IMG/VR virus record: IMGVR_UViG_3300028666_000001
Coordinates: 128,086 to 192,085 of that record
DNA from: a virus
Taxonomy: Duplodnaviria; Heunggongvirae; Uroviricota; Caudoviricetes
Direction: 5' to 3' (one strand)
Length of the DNA: 64,000 bases
The notes below the pieces were generated by a model, which saw nothing but the letters and a program-made list of their open reading frames with translations, was not told the DNA's origin and ran no database searches. Every line of letters begins with the position of its first letter. Position 1 is the first letter of the stretch. Both the position numbers and the translations under genes were made by a program. This document shows, in pieces, positions 63,352 to 64,000 of the stretch.

Positions 63352-63537
63352 ATGGCTAAGTACAATTTTACAGAAGCTCAATCAAAGCCAGGGTTAACGG
63401 CTGATGGTAAGAAGTGGTATCAGAATTGCTATGTTTGCAATAAGCAGATTAATTTTTTAACTGCTGGCAAAGAGAGTTGGCTTTCAGTAACTCCCTATGT
63501 GCGACATAAAAAATGTGATCCAACGGTATTGAAGTAA
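63352..63537 (+). CDS. Small Cys/His protein
   Basis: CYVC...H..C; SD-supported ATG. Confidence 0.55.
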   Translation: MAKYNFTEAQSKPGLTADGKKWYQNCYVCNKQINFLTAGKESWLSVTPYVRHKKCDPTVLK

Positions 63538-63548
63538 AGGAGGAAATT

Positions 63549-64000
63549 ATGAAGCAATACCATAAGATATCCTTAATAGGTTTGGCACTCTGTATGTTTT
63601 CAAGACCATTGAGTGGTGGTATATTGTCACATCTTACAGCTGAAGATGCTGCTGCTAAAACAGAATTGCAATACTATAAGCAAGCTGCAGCTCTAAATGA
63701 TTTGCTATTTAGAGAAGGTACACCTGTTCATATGAACGTGGTTATAACCATGCTCAAAGAGATAGATAAGAATCTGGCAGCATTCTATCCTAATGGTCCT
63801 TTTACTAGGACAGATTTCGTAGCTCTAGCCTGGATTGAGTCTGAGTTCAAGCAGTATGAAGGTGGGACTCATGGAGAACGTGGTATCTTCCAGATCATGC
63901 CAGATGAGTTTAGGGACTTTGATATTCATAAGAATTACTATAATGTAGACGTTAACACCTTGATGGCCTTTCGAGTACTGCAATCCAAGTACAAGCAATA
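63549..64000 (+). CDS. Lytic transglycosylase (SLT) domain protein, 3'-truncated by the window edge
   Basis: AAGGAGG SD; N-terminal hydrophobic segment; ALAWIES...GERGIFQIMP. Confidence 0.8.
   Translation, partial: MKQYHKISLIGLALCMFSRPLSGGILSHLTAEDAAAKTELQYYKQAAALNDLLFREGTPVHMNVVITMLKEIDKNLAAFYPNGPFTRTDFVALAWIESEFKQYEGGTHGERGIFQIMPDEFRDFDIHKNYYNVDVNTLMAFRVLQSKYKQ

Noticed and set aside
1-64000. CRISPR array, diversity-generating retroelement, integrase/transposase, introns or inteins
   Set aside because: No regularly spaced repeats, reverse transcriptase or recombinase seen; PolA, RecA and DnaB are uninterrupted
1-64000. Stop-codon reassignment
   Set aside because: Standard-code ORFs are full length and densely packed; TAA, TGA and TAG all end genes; no suppressor tRNA

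Overview
A 64 kb segment of a large, AT-rich tailed (myovirus-like) bacteriophage genome; every credible gene is on the + strand. 1-12950 holds the end of the structural region (baseplate J, tail and fibre proteins, two of them carrying inserted DUF3494 ice-binding-like domains), then a C1 cysteine protease and a DUF5675 putative lysin. 12960-30100 is an early/accessory region driven by near-consensus sigma70 promoters, many apparently leaderless. It encodes MetAP, a LMW phosphatase, a nucleotidyltransferase, 4 tRNAs (one a long-variable-arm tRNA-Ile(UAU)), a deacetylase/exported protein/GT2 synthase module, three tRNA-like or structured ncRNA candidates, an FBT transporter and a PRS+NAMPT-like (NARP1-type) pair. 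30200-54500 covers replication, recombination, nucleotide metabolism and transcription: DnaB, split primase, RecA, split Rad50 + Mre11, UDG-PolA fusion, MazG, GuaB/C, NusG and sigma-like proteins. 54500-64000 is a further promoter-rich block (SprT, VWA-peptidase, MoxR AAA, many small ORFs, SLT). The strongest unexplained signal is a dispersed family of at least 9 small proteins, two absent from the ORF track, that end in a conserved [D/T/E]-N-L-[E/K]-[Y/F]-L-E tag on otherwise variable, often Zn-binding bodies. All calls come from reading motifs by eye; no database searches were run.
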